Positions 36,183 through 44,880 of a stretch of DNA of 64,000 bases are shown piece after piece. The position numbers were made by a program, and so were the translations under genes. Positions within the stretch are counted from its first letter, which is position 1, and each line of letters starts with the position of its first letter. The notes below the pieces were generated by a model. It did not search any database. It was given only the letters and a program-made list of their open reading frames with translations, and was not told the DNA's origin. The DNA comes from Oscillospiraceae bacterium (GTDB lineage Bacteria > Bacillota > Clostridia > Oscillospirales > Ruminococcaceae), in NCBI GenBank assembly GCA_021200565.1, contig JAJQGJ010000002.1, positions 101,351-165,350 on the forward strand, in the 5' to 3' direction.

Positions 36183-37475
36183 TTATTCGATTATCCCCGC
36201 CTCAATCTTCACCTCCAGGATTTTCAGAACGCTTTCCGCAATTCTCTCCTCCGAAATTTCGCCTGACTCGACAGCTTCTATTATTCCATCGGCGGCTTCT
36301 TCAAGGCTTTCCGGCATCAGAATGATGTCGACGCCTGCTTTGATTGCCAGGACGGCGGCTTCTGCGGAAGAATATCTGTCGGTGATGGCTTCCATCTGCA
36401 TCGAGTCGGTGATTATAAGTCCTGTGAAGCCGAGATCGTTTCTGAGAATATCAATCATCGTGGCTGACAGCGACGCTGGCGTGTCGTCGCCGGTGACCTG
36501 CGGGACGGAGATGTGTCCGACCATCACAAGGTCTGCTCCGGCATTGATACCAGAGACAAACGGCACGAATTCCGTCTCCCAAAGTTCATATAGGCTCTTG
36601 TCGAGCTCGGTATAGCCAAGGTGGCTGTCGGTTGCGGTGTCGCCGTGACCGGGAAAGTGCTTGAGTGTGCATAGGATTCCGCTGTCGTTAAAGCCTTCAA
36701 CCGCTGCGGCAACCATTTCTGCGGCGATGTCAGCTTCTGTCGAGAAAGCCCGGTTTCCGATGACGGTGTTGTCGGGATTAGAATCCACATCCGCCACCGG
36801 CGCAAAATCGAGATTGAAGCCGAGCTCCAGAATCTCAGTTCCGATAGTGTAGCCGACATTATAGGCAACGTCTCGGTCACCAGTGTTGCCAACAGTCTTC
36901 ATGCTCGGGAATTTTGTCGTTCCCATCGATGAATTGTTTCCGATTCTTGAGACGCTGCCACCCTCCTCGTCGACGGCGATGAAGAGCCCGATGGTTGAGT
37001 AGGACTGCATGCTGGAAATCATCTCTATGGTTTGTTCCCTGTCGATGATATTCTCTGCGAACATTGCGATTCCGCCGACGGGATATTCACTGAGCCCCTC
37101 TTCAAAGTCGCTTCCGACTTCGGTCAGCTTTTCCGATGATCCGGTAATCTGCTCCGGGCGGACTATGAAGAGCTGATAGACCTGCTCCCGAAGAGACATG
37201 CTGTTAAGTATTTCAAGAGCCTGCTCTTCTGTTGTGGCTTCATGAGGCTCTTCGGCTTGGGTTGTTGCTTCGGCAGTCGCAGCGATTGTCGGTTCTGTCG
37301 TAGAGGCAACTGTGGCTTCTGTGGTTGCCACAGTTGTGGCTTCAGTCTCTGTGGCAACATTATCAATCTCCGTCGGGACAAGTCCACTGGCGACATAGAC
37401 TAGCAGCAAAACTGCCGCAATAGCGAGAACTAATGCGGCAATGTTTGAGAATTTATTTTTGCGGGATTTTTTCAT
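36183..37475 (-). CDS. Glycoside hydrolase family 3 (NagZ-like beta-N-acetylhexosaminidase), exported
   Basis: A signal anchor and a Thr/Ala/Glu-rich linker precede GH3 N-domain motifs that include KHFPGHGDT..DSH. Confidence 0.8.
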   Translation of the reverse strand: MKKSRKNKFSNIAALVLAIAAVLLLVYVASGLVPTEIDNVATETEATTVATTEATVASTTEPTIAATAEATTQAEEPHEATTEEQALEILNSMSLREQVYQLFIVRPEQITGSSEKLTEVGSDFEEGLSEYPVGGIAMFAENIIDREQTIEMISSMQSYSTIGLFIAVDEEGGSVSRIGNNSSMGTTKFPSMKTVGNTGDRDVAYNVGYTIGTEILELGFNLDFAPVADVDSNPDNTVIGNRAFSTEADIAAEMVAAAVEGFNDSGILCTLKHFPGHGDTATDSHLGYTELDKSLYELWETEFVPFVSGINAGADLVMVGHISVPQVTGDDTPASLSATMIDILRNDLGFTGLIITDSMQMEAITDRYSSAEAAVLAIKAGVDIILMPESLEEAADGIIEAVESGEISEERIAESVLKILEVKIEAGIIE

Positions 37476-37900
37476 TATCTTTTGTGTGCGTGCAGCACTT
37501 TTCCGGAGGAATCCTTAAGGGTGAACGAATCCGGAGTGATGTCGGTGATGGTGTACTTCTTGTCGCCGGAGTTTATGACAACCTCGCCGAATTTGACAGC
37601 AACAGAACAGCTTGAATCCTCATCAAAACGCCAGTCGCCATCGCCAATAACGACAGCACTTGTGCCGATGTGGCTCTGGACATCCGCTTTTTCTTCTGGA
37701 GAAAGAACCCCCTCAGCGGGCTCCTCTACTCTGCCATAGATATAGCCGAGCGAAAGAGAGAGCAGGAAGAGAGTCATCGAAGACAGAACCTCCGAGAGCG
37801 AACCCTCCACAATATAGTAGATGCAGGTGATAAGAGCGGCAGCAGCCAGAATTCCAAACACAATCCGAGCCGCTATTGCGATTTTCTTCTTTGTTGACAT
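37475..37900 (-). CDS. Hypothetical membrane-anchored protein
   Basis: The ATG at 37900 follows GGAGAA (MSTKKKIAIAAR...). Two TM helices precede a small soluble domain. Its stop codon overlaps the GH3 start (ATGA). Confidence 0.5.
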   Translation of the reverse strand: MSTKKKIAIAARIVFGILAAAALITCIYYIVEGSLSEVLSSMTLFLLSLSLGYIYGRVEEPAEGVLSPEEKADVQSHIGTSAVVIGDGDWRFDEDSSCSVAVKFGEVVINSGDKKYTITDITPDSFTLKDSSGKVLHAHKR

Positions 37901-37980
37901 GACATATTTCTCCTTTACATTATTCAGGAATAACATCCCAAAATTATTTTACAATATTTTTTGTGGATTGTCAAGGGCAT

Positions 37981-38071
37981 TGTAGGGGCGGATATTATCC
38001 GCCCGGAAATCCTACGGCAGTCCGTAACGGGCGGGCAGTTAGCTTCGCTAACTGTATATCCAGCCCCTACA
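37981..38071. repeat. Intergenic repeat family C copy
   Basis: tgtaggggcggatattatccgcccg...cagttagcttcgctaactgtatatccagcccctaca. It is inverted relative to 40499-40588. Confidence 0.9.
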
Positions 38072-38089
38072 CATGTTAGCTCCTACAAT

Positions 38090-38842
38090 TCATGCACGCT
38101 TCTTATTCTTGAGTTCTATCACAGTAAACGGCGTGTACATAAGAACGAAAAGCAAAAGCAATATTATTATGTACCCGATCAGGAAGAGATTCTCGCCGAA
38201 AATTCCAGTGCAGAAGGAGGTGATGACGTTTCCACAGGGATCATTGATGAAGAAGAAGTTGGTGCCAAGGAGCTTGTTGATGGGATATATCACAATAAGC
38301 ATGCCGGCAAGGACAGCTAAGACTTTGGGAAGCATCTTTATCTCCGGCTTGAAGCCGCCGCTGAGGAGCATTATGGGATAGCATACAAGAAGTATATGCA
38401 GCATTTCCGAATTGATGTGGCAGAAGTTTGCAATGGGAAGAGCGCACCAGGTCGGGCTCAGGAGCGCAACTGCCGCACCCGGAAGGCACAAGGCATAGAG
38501 GATATTTGCAGCGAGCTTATTCGGATGAATTCCATACCAGAGACTGATGAAGATGTTGACGCTGCAAAGGTGAAGCGGCAAAGTCTCCGCTCTCCACTGA
38601 CCGGTCACGATGATGACTGTCTGTCGGGAAGCTTCAACCAGGAAGATGAGAATTGCCAATCCCAGCTCAAGCTTTCTTCTCATTCCGGGAGACGAACGGC
38701 GGTAAACGATGGCGACTGCTGCGCAGATGACCACGCACAGAACGAGCCAGAAGATGTGTGTCCCGCTGAAAAGCGTAAACGACTTGTAATTCTCGCCATA
38801 CAGATCCTGCATGGTGTAGACGGTGTACCAGAATTCGGACAT
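38090..38842 (-). CDS. TIGR02206/YwaF-like integral membrane protein, paralog 3 of 3
   Basis: MSEFWYT start, the ETLPLHLCS box, GGFKP and the LLGTNFFF motif shared by all three copies. Confidence 0.7.
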   Translation of the reverse strand: MSEFWYTVYTMQDLYGENYKSFTLFSGTHIFWLVLCVVICAAVAIVYRRSSPGMRRKLELGLAILIFLVEASRQTVIIVTGQWRAETLPLHLCSVNIFISLWYGIHPNKLAANILYALCLPGAAVALLSPTWCALPIANFCHINSEMLHILLVCYPIMLLSGGFKPEIKMLPKVLAVLAGMLIVIYPINKLLGTNFFFINDPCGNVITSFCTGIFGENLFLIGYIIILLLLFVLMYTPFTVIELKNKKRA

Positions 38843-38861
38843 TGGGATGCTCCTTTCGAGG

Positions 38862-39620
38862 TTATGCGTGAACGTGCTTCTTCTTATAAAGGTTTATCAC
38901 AACAAACGGCGTGTGCATTATGAACACTATTATGACAAGTAAAATCATGTACCCTAAGATGAACAGCTTTGTGCCGAAGATTGAGGTGCAAACGCATGTT
39001 ATTGCGTTGCCATATGGGTCGGTGATGAAGAGGAAGTTTGTCCCAAGAAGGACATTCAGGGGATATATCACTGCGCAGAGGCAGAGAAGCCCGCCGATTA
39101 TCTTCGGGACATATCTTATATCCGGCTTGAACCCGCCGGCAACCAGCATTATCGGGTATGTAACAAGAAGAATATGCGTCAGTTCACTGTCAATGTGCGA
39201 GAAGTTCCACATCGGGAGCATCATCCACGACGTGCTGAGGAGTGCAACCGCTGCACCGGGTATGCAGAGAGTGTAGAGGATGTTTCCGACAAGCTTGCTC
39301 GGGCGAATGCCATAGACCAGGCACAGAACGAGATTATAGCTGCAAAGATGAAGCGGCAGTGTTTCAGGGAGCCACTGTCCGGAGGCGATGACAAATATCT
39401 GCCTTGCGACTTCGCAGGTGACGACTGCAATTCCGAGTCCAAGCTCCATTTTCCGTCTCATTCCGGCAGACGCACGGCGATATGAATAGCAGATTGTGAA
39501 GATAAACAGCGCTGCAAGCCCGAGCCAGAACAGGTGCGTCCCGTCAAAAAGCTGAAAAGCCTGATAATCCTCACCCATAAGGGTGGTCATGGTGTTGTCG
39601 GTGTACCAGAATGTGGACAT
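38862..39620 (-). CDS. TIGR02206/YwaF-like integral membrane protein, paralog 2 of 3
   Basis: MSTFWYT, ETLPLHLCS, GGFKP and LLGTNFLF motifs. By eye, roughly half the positions are identical to the neighbouring copies. Confidence 0.7.
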   Translation of the reverse strand: MSTFWYTDNTMTTLMGEDYQAFQLFDGTHLFWLGLAALFIFTICYSYRRASAGMRRKMELGLGIAVVTCEVARQIFVIASGQWLPETLPLHLCSYNLVLCLVYGIRPSKLVGNILYTLCIPGAAVALLSTSWMMLPMWNFSHIDSELTHILLVTYPIMLVAGGFKPDIRYVPKIIGGLLCLCAVIYPLNVLLGTNFLFITDPYGNAITCVCTSIFGTKLFILGYMILLVIIVFIMHTPFVVINLYKKKHVHA

Positions 39621-39693
39621 GGTGGTTGGCTCCTTTATACTTGATAATTGTCGCCCTGCGGGCAGACTTATTCGTTCTATGAAGGTCGCTACT

Positions 39694-39742
39694 GGCTCCC
39701 CTTACTAAGGGGAGCTGTCAGCCGTCAGGCTGACTGAGAGGT
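39694..39742. repeat. Family B repeat, single unit
   Basis: ggctccccttactaaggggagctgtcagccgtcaggctgactgagagg. Confidence 0.85.
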
Positions 39743-40474
39743 TCTTCGCAGAATTTCAAACGGCGCATACATTATCGCCATCACTATTACCAAAAGTATC
39801 GCATAGCCGATTACGAAGAAATTCTCGCCGAAGATTTCGGTGCACATGGTTGTTATCGGGTTGCCATATGGGTCGCCGAGGAAGAAGAAGTTGGTGTTAT
39901 AGGCTTCGTTTATCGGTGTGACGATGAGGCACATGCCGACCAATATCGCCATCACCTTCGGAAGCTCCTTAAGCTCAGGCTTGAAGCCGCCGCTGAGAAG
40001 CATTATCGGATAGGAAAAGAGAACTATGTGACCAAGCTCCGAGTTCAGATGGTTGAAATTCCACAGCGGCAGCATCGTCCAGGACGGGCTGAGCATCGCC
40101 AAAGCTGCTCCGGGAAGCGAAAGAGCATAGAGAAGGTTTCCGGCAAGCTTATTTGGATGGATAGCGTGCCAGGTGCAGATGAAGACTCCTATGCTGCAGA
40201 GCTGTAGCGGAAGCGAGCTCACATGCCACTGGTCGGTTATGAGCTCCATTATTATCCTCGAAATCTCGAAGAGAAAGACAAACATCGCCATCGAAAGCCG
40301 GATACGGTTCCGGTTCTTTTCGGAAGCCTTTCTATATACTATGGAGATTGCCACCGTGAACACAGCGCAGGTTATCAGCCAGAACCAGTGGAGCCCGCCA
40401 AAGAGCTCAAACTCGGTGTGCCAGTAGCCGTAGACCTTACTCATCGTGTATTCGGTGTACCAGAATTCAGACAT
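39725..40474 (-). CDS. TIGR02206/YwaF-like integral membrane protein, paralog 1 of 3
   Basis: MSEFWYTEYTM begins at the ATG at 40474. The 30 extra codons of the track ORF translate the family C repeat (LATLTVYPAPT). Confidence 0.7.
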   Translation of the reverse strand: MSEFWYTEYTMSKVYGYWHTEFELFGGLHWFWLITCAVFTVAISIVYRKASEKNRNRIRLSMAMFVFLFEISRIIMELITDQWHVSSLPLQLCSIGVFICTWHAIHPNKLAGNLLYALSLPGAALAMLSPSWTMLPLWNFNHLNSELGHIVLFSYPIMLLSGGFKPELKELPKVMAILVGMCLIVTPINEAYNTNFFFLGDPYGNPITTMCTEIFGENFFVIGYAILLVIVMAIMYAPFEILRRTSQSA

Positions 40475-40498
40475 GATTCCCCCAATAAACACTTCTCC

Positions 40499-40588
40499 TG
40501 TGGGTGCTGGATATACAGTTAGCGTTGCCAACTGCTCGCCCGAAAATCCTACAGTGGTCCGCAACGGGCGGATAATATCCGCCCCTAC
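40499..40588. repeat. Intergenic repeat family C copy
   Basis: tgtgggtgctggatatacagttagcgttgccaactgctcgccc...cgggcggataatatccgcccctac. Confidence 0.9.
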
Positions 40589-40863
40589 TTAGTCCTGTTC
40601 AGAAGCGCATAAACTCCCCAGATGACCAGCGCCATCGAAGCGCAGGCAAGGATAATGGCGGCGGTGCCGCTTATGACTATGTAGAGCATGCAGATTATTC
40701 CCACTATCAGCGAAATGGACGCAACAGCGGTCACGACACGAGATGGCACAAACCGAATAAACAGCTTGAAGAGCTGCCCTAACGCCAGTATCAGTCCCGC
40801 AATAACCAAAACTACGGGAACTATGGCGATGAGCATTAAAATAACAAATGTCAGACTCGTCAT
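40585..40863 (-). CDS. Small hypothetical membrane protein (3 TM)
   Basis: 92 aa and strongly hydrophobic, with no recognisable family. Confidence 0.45.
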   Translation of the reverse strand: MTSLTFVILMLIAIVPVVLVIAGLILALGQLFKLFIRFVPSRVVTAVASISLIVGIICMLYIVISGTAAIILACASMALVIWGVYALLNRTK

Positions 40864-41003
40864 TATGGTTCCCTGCTTTCTTTATATACCTTTTCCCTGA
40901 ATCCAATTATAAATGTACAAAATCATTATACAACGTTTTGCAACTCTTTGCAACAATTATTTTAAATTTTGTTGGGAATCGGGGTAATACACAATAAAAT
41001 ATA

Positions 41004-41039
41004 ACAAAATAAAATGCGCTGTGAGTATTCCCACAACGC
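41004..41039 (-). terminator. Intrinsic terminator of the tRNA operon
   Basis: Hairpin GCGTTGTGGG-aata-CTCACAGCGC followed by ATTTTATTTTGTT on the minus strand. Confidence 0.7.
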
Positions 41040-41045
41040 AAATTA

Positions 41046-41121
41046 CTGGAGCGGATTACGAGGCTCGAACTCGCTACCTCCACCTTGGCAAGGTGGCGCT
41101 CTACCAGATGAGCTAAATCCG
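41046..41121 (-). tRNA. tRNA-Gly (anticodon GCC)
   Basis: 76 nt: GCGGATTTAGCTCATCTGGTAGAGCGCCACCTTGCCAAGGTGG...TCCGCTCCA. The anticodon loop is TTGCCAA. Confidence 0.93.
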
Positions 41122-41127
41122 CAGATT

Positions 41128-41203
41128 TTGGTGCCTCCGATCGGAATTGAACCAATGACACGGGGATTTTCAGTCCCCTGCTCTACCAACTGAGCTACAG
41201 AGG
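41128..41203 (-). tRNA. tRNA-Phe (anticodon GAA)
   Basis: 76 nt: GCCTCTGTAGCTCAGTTGGTAGAGCAGGGGACTGAAAATCCCC...GGCACCA. The anticodon loop is CTGAAAA. Confidence 0.93.
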
Positions 41204-41228
41204 CATCGCTTCCCCGTTTGAAAAGGGA

Positions 41229-41305
41229 ATGGCGACCCGAACCGGGCTCGAACCGGTGACCTCTAGCGTGACAGGCTAGCGTTCTAACCAACTGAACTAC
41301 CGGGC
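41229..41305 (-). tRNA. tRNA-Asp (anticodon GTC)
   Basis: 77 nt: GGCCCGGTAGTTCAGTTGGTTAGAACGCTAGCCTGTCACGCTAG...GTCGCCA. The anticodon loop is CTGTCAC. Confidence 0.93.
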
Positions 41306-41310
41306 CGTAA

Positions 41311-41386
41311 ATGGTGGGAACAATAGGGCTCGAACCTATGACCCCCTGCTTGTAAGGCAGATGCTCTCCCAGCTGAGCTATGCTCC
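41311..41386 (-). tRNA. tRNA-Val (anticodon TAC)
   Basis: 76 nt: GGGAGCATAGCTCAGCTGGGAGAGCATCTGCCTTACAAGCAGG...TCCCACCA. The anticodon loop is CTTACAA. Confidence 0.93.
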
Positions 41387-41436
41387 CGTCTGCTCACTTT
41401 CGTGAAGCAAGTTGCTTCTCTCGAAGCGACTTGTAT

Positions 41437-41465
41437 ATTATATATCGACTTCGAGGATTTGTCAA
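41437..41465 (-). promoter_or_regulatory. Consensus promoter TTGACA-17-TATAAT for the tRNA operon
   Basis: Read on the minus strand: ttgaca aatcctcgaagtcgata tataat. Confidence 0.7.
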
Positions 41466-41540
41466 GCCCTTTTTTCAAATTTTTTTGAAATCTTTTTTCG
41501 GGAGAGCTTTCCGCCAAAAATGACGTACCTGTGCTGTTTT

Positions 41541-42449
41541 TTAGGGCTCACTTGCGCTTATCGCATCATAGAGACTCTGGAACATCGGGAGAAGCTCGTC
41601 AAAATTCTCCTGCATCTTCTCAAGCTTTGTGCCGCTCAGCTCCTGCGGCTGACGCATACCGATATAGAGCTCGTCTGGCATTGCCTCCCACCGGAGCTCC
41701 TCTCGTGTCAGAGCACAGTTGAGCCTGATTCCATACTCGGTCATGCATTCGTCATCGTAGCCTTCATCTTGGGTGAAGTCGTGAACCTCGAACTCAGTCG
41801 TGCCGTCGGAAATTATCATGATATTGTCGCCGGTCATAAGCTGAGTCATTATCTGAGCCTGAGCAGAGGTGGAGCTGGTTACATCCTCAAGGTCGCTGAG
41901 AACGATGTTGTAGACCAGAACGTGAGTATAGCCGTTGCCGTCAAGGTCTCCGCAGTATTGTTCAAGGAACGTTTCAACCTCTTCGGTTCTGGCATAGAGG
42001 GCATTATTGTCCATAACAACAAGAACAGTCATGTCAGCTTTCTCGCTCGTGACCTGGGAATAGACAATGTAGCCGCCCGCCACGACGCAGAAGACGACGA
42101 ACAGGATTATCCACTTCGAGCGGTACCAGATGTTTTCAAGCGTTTCGCCGAAGGTGAGCTTTCTAGCCTCTTCGTGAACTTCCTTTATTGTGTCCGACTC
42201 CTCGATGACGCCAGTTTTGAGCTTCATGAGTTCTATCTTCTTTTCCTGGAGCTCCTTTTCGTGCTGAGCCCGAGCCGCCCGGTCTTTCCGGGAAGCCTCC
42301 TCACGAGCCTTTACCTCCTCGTCAAGGTATAGCATGACGTCGGTTTTCGGCTTGTCAGGCATTTCGGATGGGTGAACCTCGCCCTCGACAGGTGCTTCGA
42401 CTGGCTCGCTGCTCTCGCTTAAAATCTTGCCTTTATCTTCATTTGACAT
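41541..42449 (-). CDS. Hypothetical single-pass membrane protein with a charged N-terminal region
   Basis: The start follows AAGGAGGA. A Lys/Glu-rich coiled segment precedes a TM helix (WIILFVVFCVVAGGYIVY) and a ~170-aa extracytoplasmic domain. Confidence 0.55.
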   Translation of the reverse strand: MSNEDKGKILSESSEPVEAPVEGEVHPSEMPDKPKTDVMLYLDEEVKAREEASRKDRAARAQHEKELQEKKIELMKLKTGVIEESDTIKEVHEEARKLTFGETLENIWYRSKWIILFVVFCVVAGGYIVYSQVTSEKADMTVLVVMDNNALYARTEEVETFLEQYCGDLDGNGYTHVLVYNIVLSDLEDVTSSTSAQAQIMTQLMTGDNIMIISDGTTEFEVHDFTQDEGYDDECMTEYGIRLNCALTREELRWEAMPDELYIGMRQPQELSGTKLEKMQENFDELLPMFQSLYDAISASEP

Positions 42450-42467
42450 TGGGTCCTCCTTGTCTCA

Positions 42468-43240
42468 TTAGCTGTTCAGGCTATCTTCAATCGCTTCGGT
42501 TTCCTTAAGAAATCTGTCAAAATCGCTTTCATATATACGGTCTTGCGCCGTTCGGTACTTTTCGTACTCCGTCTCTGCAAATGATCTGGCAAATCACTGT
42601 TTGCCCTGCTCACAACTATTTCCGCCGCAGTCTGATGGGTCACTGCGAAATGAAGTTTATTTTGCACCGTTGCATAAAATTGCTTGGTCATCGGACTGTC
42701 AGCATCATAATCGGCACTGCATGACGCATAAATATCCGTTATTTTCTGATAAAACCGTCTTTCGCTTGCACGAATATCCCGGATTCTTTCGAGCTGTTCC
42801 TCAAAATAATCCTTCCCGAAGTAATTATCAGGGTCTCTGAGACGTTCATCATCCATGACATATCCCTTGATAATAAACTCTTTCAGTATCCGATTCGCCC
42901 AGATTCTGAACATCGTTGCCTTTTTCGAATTGATTCTGTACCCGATAGCAATTACTGCATCTAAATTGTAATACTTGACTAAGTACTGTTTTCCGTCGTC
43001 TGCAGTAGTTTTCATTACTGACATAACCGACTCTTCCTGCAATTCTCCGCTTTCAAAAATATTCTTCATGTGCTTCGAAATAGCAGCCTTTTGCACATCA
43101 AACAACTCGCCGATTTTTGCCTGTGTCAGCCAGATATTCTCTTCAAAAAGCAAGACCTCAATCTTTACATCTCCGTTACCGGTTTTGTAAAAAATGATTT
43201 CTCTATTCTCATATGGAGTGATTGAATGCTCAGCGTTCAC
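42468..43240 (-). pseudogene. RhuM-family (virulence-associated) gene with internal deletion and frameshift
   Basis: The N-terminal 205 aa are typical RhuM (IFYKT.....I.V......WLTQ..I..LF). After ...VVSRANSD the frame yields nonsense. The family-like C-terminus AETEYEKYRTAQDRIYESDFDRFLKE... reads in another frame and ends at 42468. The ~100 aa that normally lie between are absent. Confidence 0.6.
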
Positions 43241-43321
43241 AGCGAACCACCTATCCGTTTTTATTTATCAATAATCTATCTCCTGAGTTGTTTCCATTTT
43301 GGAAACAAGTTAAGCCGTAAA

Positions 43322-43993
43322 CTATTCTCCCACTTCCCAATTAATCGGTGCCTCTCCATTCTCTGCCAGGAACTGGTTTGCCCTTGAGAACGGGCGGGAA
43401 CCGAAGAAGCCGTTCCATGCTGAAAGCGGGCTTGGGTGGGCGGATTCTATTATCAGATGCTGAGGGTTCGTTATTAGGGCTTTCTTATCCCTGGCATTTG
43501 CGCCCCAGAGTATGAAAACTATTGGGCTTTCACGGTCATTGAGCTTTCTTATTATCTCATCCGTCAATATCTCCCAGCCTTTTCCCTTGTGGGAGTTCGC
43601 CTGCCCCTTACGGACGGTGAGAACGGTGTTGAGAAGAAGCACTCCCTGCTCAGCCCAGGATGTCAGATCCCCGGTTTTTGCCGGAAGAATTCCAAGATCC
43701 GTCTCAAGCTCCTTATAGATATTCTTGAGAGAAGGCGGCAGCGCAGTTCCGTCCTGAACGGAGAAGCAGAGCCCATGCGCCTGTCCCGGCTCGTGATAAG
43801 GGTCCTGCCCGAAAATGACAACCTTGACCGAATGATAGGGCGTGAGCTTCAGAGCGGTGAATATGTGATACATATCCGGATAGATTGTGTTTTGCGAGTA
43901 CTCCGTCTTCAGAAACTCACGGAGCCCGAGGTAGTAGTCCTTCGAGAACTCCCCGCCGATGACCTCATCCCAGTCGTTACCAATTACGACCAT
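43322..43993 (-). CDS. ung: Uracil-DNA glycosylase
   Basis: GQDPYH catalytic box, HPSPLS motif and LLLNTVLTV. The likely start is MVVIGNDW at 43993. Confidence 0.92.
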   Translation of the reverse strand: MVVIGNDWDEVIGGEFSKDYYLGLREFLKTEYSQNTIYPDMYHIFTALKLTPYHSVKVVIFGQDPYHEPGQAHGLCFSVQDGTALPPSLKNIYKELETDLGILPAKTGDLTSWAEQGVLLLNTVLTVRKGQANSHKGKGWEILTDEIIRKLNDRESPIVFILWGANARDKKALITNPQHLIIESAHPSPLSAWNGFFGSRPFSRANQFLAENGEAPINWEVGE

Positions 43994-44119
43994 ATCAGAT
44001 AAACAGGCTGTAGAGCGACGAGTAAACAATCGCCGCCAGCATCAGTACGACTATCAGAATAACGAATATTCTTGCGATGATGGGTTTCTTTTTCATTTTT
44101 TGGTCTCCTTAAATGTTGT

Positions 44120-44278
44120 GCCTGCGCACACCCTCTCAGTCACGCCTGCGGCGTGCCAGCTCTCCCAGAGGGAGAGCCAGGTTGTTGCTCTCGGGAAAGC
44201 TTTGTGTTGGCAGGAATCTTGGCTCCCCTTTGGGGGAGCTGTCGGCGAAGCCGACTGAGAGGGCGCACCGCAGGTGCG
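44120..44278. repeat. Intergenic repeat family B, composite
   Basis: ccctctcagtcacgcctgcggcgtgccagctctcccagagggagagcc ... ggctcccctttgggggagctgtcggcgaagccgactgagaggg, with flanking gcgcac/gtgcgc arms. Confidence 0.9.
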
Positions 44279-44351
44279 GAAACAAACTGCCGCCCGACGC
44301 AGAAAAACCGGTCGAGCGGCAACGTCAAATCAAATCTCAGTAGAGTCCGAC

Positions 44352-44603
44352 TTAGCCTGCGAAGCGCGCTATAATGTTTACAACGATGCAGACTACATAA
44401 AGAAGTCCGACAACAATCTTGGTGACAAGATTAAGTCTTGCCACACGAGTGTTCTTGAGGTTTCTTCCATAGAAAGAATCGCTTCCTCCGCCGATAGCGG
44501 AGCTCATTCTCGCACTGTCAGTGTCGGTAAACATAATGATAAGAATTATCGCAATACTGCAAACGAGCAATATGATTCCACTTATTATATTAACAGCCGT
44601 CAT
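44352..44603 (-). CDS. secG: Preprotein translocase subunit SecG
   Basis: 83 aa from the ATG at 44603, after GGAGGCAAAGAA. Two TM helices flank the Gly-rich loop SSAIGGGSDSFYG. The 160-aa track ORF is an extension through the repeat. Confidence 0.85.
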   Translation of the reverse strand: MTAVNIISGIILLVCSIAIILIIMFTDTDSARMSSAIGGGSDSFYGRNLKNTRVARLNLVTKIVVGLLYVVCIVVNIIARFAG

Positions 44604-44715
44604 TTCTTTGCCTCCAATCCGATAGAAATAGCATTCTAGGAAATTATAACATGTCCCGCAGGAAAATGCAATAGAGAAATTGAGAAAATTTTGTGGAAGC
44701 GCTCGCCCTTCGGGC

Positions 44716-44848
44716 ACCCTCTCAGTCAGCTTCGCTGACAGCTCCCCCGGAGGGGGAGCCAAGAAATGCTCCCTGCGGACTACCTTGGCTCTCCCTTTGG
44801 GAGAGCTGTCGCCGCCAGGCGACTGAGAAGGCACGACCGCAGGGAGCG
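44716..44848. repeat. Intergenic repeat family B, composite
   Basis: accctctcagtcagcttcgctgacagctcccccggagggggagcc ... ggctctccctttgggagagctgtcgccgccaggcgactgagaag, plus gcacgaccgcagggagcg, whose inverse is at 16293-16310. Confidence 0.9.
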
Positions 44849-44880
44849 ATTACGCATTACGAATTACGCATTACGCATTA
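44847..44880. repeat. Heptamer microsatellite (family D)
   Basis: gattacg cattacg aattacg cattacg catta. Its last 3 nt form the glgP stop codon. Confidence 0.85.

Noticed and set aside
40907-41517. ORFs 40907-41161, 41043-41291 and 41284-41517.
   Set aside because: They overlap four well-formed tRNA genes and their promoter and terminator. They are not coding.
41412-42332. 306-aa plus-strand ORF opposite the 41541-42449 gene.
   Set aside because: Its leucine- and serine-rich composition is typical of antisense translation, and it has no RBS. The minus-strand ORF has an AAGGAGGA RBS, a TM helix and a protein-like composition.
44604-44834. Long N-terminal extensions suggested by the ORF track. 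Examples are SecG 160 aa, EcfA1 to 25557, L21 to 17545, paralog 1 to 40564, Ung to 44029, GlgP to 47421, 12010 GTG, PrmA to 7218, LysR to 60403 and the S component to 8156.
   Set aside because: In each case the extension runs through a repeat or leader and has no RBS. A downstream start with a good Shine-Dalgarno sequence gives the canonical family N-terminus.
44120-44880. Clustered GC-rich repeats (families B and D, and similar clusters at 16.3, 17.7 and 25.5 kb) as a possible CRISPR array.
   Set aside because: The copies are inverted palindromic units rather than direct repeats with regular unique spacers. Only one or two units occur per locus, and no cas genes are present in the window.
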